A stretch of DNA of 63,768 nt, filler included, from Octopus bimaculoides (lineage: Eukaryota), in assembly GCF_001194135.2 (NCBI RefSeq). It is 7 parts of 6 records of this genome, joined end to end, with 100 filler letters (N's around TTAATTAATTAA, not from the genome) between each part and the next. Parts side by side here need not be neighbours in the genome. Positions count along the whole stretch, not along the records: positions 60,616 to 62,598 come from NW_026410734.1; positions 62,699 to 63,768 come from NW_026299563.1; 5 more parts are not named here. The stretch is one strand, 5' to 3'. This document shows, one piece after another, positions 62,136 through 63,768 of this stretch (its first letter is position 1; every line of letters begins with the position of its first letter). Position numbers and translations under genes: made by a program. Under the pieces are notes generated by a model. That model was given only the letters and a program-made list of their open reading frames with translations, searched no databases and was not told the origin of the DNA.

Positions 62136-62698
62136 TTCGGACGCCCGAGGCTGTAGTAGAAGATACTTACCCAAGATGTATGTATGTATGCCTGCATATA
62201 TGTGAGATAATAGTTTCAGTATTAAAAGTTAAACTACTAAAGTGAAAGTATCTAACATTGCAATAGAGAGATGTTATTGTTTCACTTTTCACACGTAATA
62301 CTGAAATAGTGGAAGAGATAAGAGATTGCTCTGGGCTAGCATTAGGCAAGAAGTTGAAAATATTTTGGTCCATGGCACTGCATGGACCCTAAGTAAGGCA
62401 TGTGTAAAATTTGAATGAAATCGGTTGTGTAGTTATCGAGTTTTAGGAATTCACAGACAGTCACACACACACAGACAATATTTATATATATAGCTTGTTA
62501 TACTTAAAGGAATAAATATTGTTGTTTAAAATTTAAGATAATTACTGTAAGGAAATCTACAAAAGGGCCTTGATAAATTGGTGCCCCTGTTCATCTGCNN
62601 NNNNNNNNNNNNNNNNNNNNNNNNNNNNNNNNNNNNNNNNNNTTAATTAATTAANNNNNNNNNNNNNNNNNNNNNNNNNNNNNNNNNNNNNNNNNNNN

Positions 62699-63768
62699 TT
62701 CACTGAATTCACAACCGTTTCCAGACAATACAAACTCACAAAATTTTGAAAATAACTATAAAAAACCATCAAAACTTGAAAATGCTTATTTCGTGATTTG
62801 CATTCGATTTTAGACACTCTTAGATAGTTTTCATTTTTGCAAAACCACTATTCATTTTGAAGTTTATCGTGTTAATATAAGCTAGATGGTTGTTGAAAAC
62901 ATTATATTTATCAACGAGTTCACCGAAGTCACAACCGTTTTCAGAAAACACAAACACACAAGATTTTGCAAAAAACAATGAAAAAACAAACAAAACTTGA
63001 AAGTGCTTACTTCGTGATTTCCAGTCAATTTTAGACACTGATAGATAGTATTCATTTTTGCAAAACCACTATTAATTTTGTAGTCTAGAGCGTTAATATA
63101 AGCTAGACGGTTGTAGAAAACATATTTATCAAAGAGTTCACCGAAGTCACAACCGTTTTCAGAATACACAAACTCACAAAATTTGGCAAATAATCATGAA
63201 AAACCAACAAATCTTGAAAATGCTTATTTCGTGATTTCCAGTCGATTTCAGAGACTTTTAGATAGTTGTCATTTTTGCAAAACCACTATTCATTTTGATG
63301 TCTACATGCTTAATATAAGCTAAAAGGTTGATGAAAACATTATATTTATCACAGAGTTCACCGAAGTTACAACCGTTTCCAGACAATACAAACTGACAAA
63401 TTTTTGCAAATAACAATGAAAAAGCAACAAAACTTGAAAATGCTTTTTTCGTGATTTGCATTCGATTTTAGAAACTCTTAGATAGTTTTCATTTTGGAAA
63501 ACAACTATTCATTTTGAAGTCTAGAGGGATAATATAATCTAGATGGTTGTTGAAAACACTATATTTATCAAAGTCTTCACCGAAGTCACAACCGTTTTCA
63601 GAAAACACAAACTCACAAAATTTTGCAAATAACCATGAAAAAACCAACAAAACTTGAAAATGGTTATTTCATGATTTCCAGTCGATTTTAGACACTTTTA
63701 GGTAGTTTGCATTCTCGGAAAACCTCTATTCGTTTTGAAGTCTAGATGGTTAATATAAACTAGATGGG
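62699..63768. repeat. Tandem satellite, ~219 bp monomer, ~4.9 copies, runs off the window
   Basis: The (c/t)acaaccgttt landmark occurs at 62710, 62930, 63148, 63368 and 63587 (spacings 220, 218, 220, 219). Confidence 0.97.

Overview
AT-rich, microsatellite-laden eukaryotic DNA, most likely from an octopus/coleoid cephalopod (inferred from the SINE families and repeat landscape, not database-confirmed). The window is stitched from at least 7 pieces joined by an artificial 44N-TTAATTAATTAA-44N linker, so order and orientation across those joins are not guaranteed. No complete host gene is visible; three possible short exons are flagged at low confidence. Recognisable content is mostly mobile DNA: decayed hAT, Gypsy, mariner, maT-like and Tc1 elements; a HERO-like restriction-like-endonuclease non-LTR retrotransposon fragment with no stop codons in its sequenced parts; two RTE LINE fragments; at least four tRNA-derived SINE families; several MITEs; about 8 kb of (ATC/ACC)n low complexity; and a ~219 bp satellite. 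The most interesting signals are: (i) five type I hammerhead-ribozyme-like motifs from about four different repeat contexts, two with an apparently intact core (33027-33087, 40226-40260); (ii) a staircase re-priming scar at an RTE 5' junction; (iii) an exact 100 bp period array built from an RTE 3' UTR; (iv) four SINE copies whose target duplications all start 5'-AT; (v) a perfect 26 bp hairpin; (vi) a ~1.8 kb long-inverted-repeat element; (vii) a CCAAT/RFX/NRF1 motif cluster; and (viii) a possible trimeric higher-order structure in the satellite.
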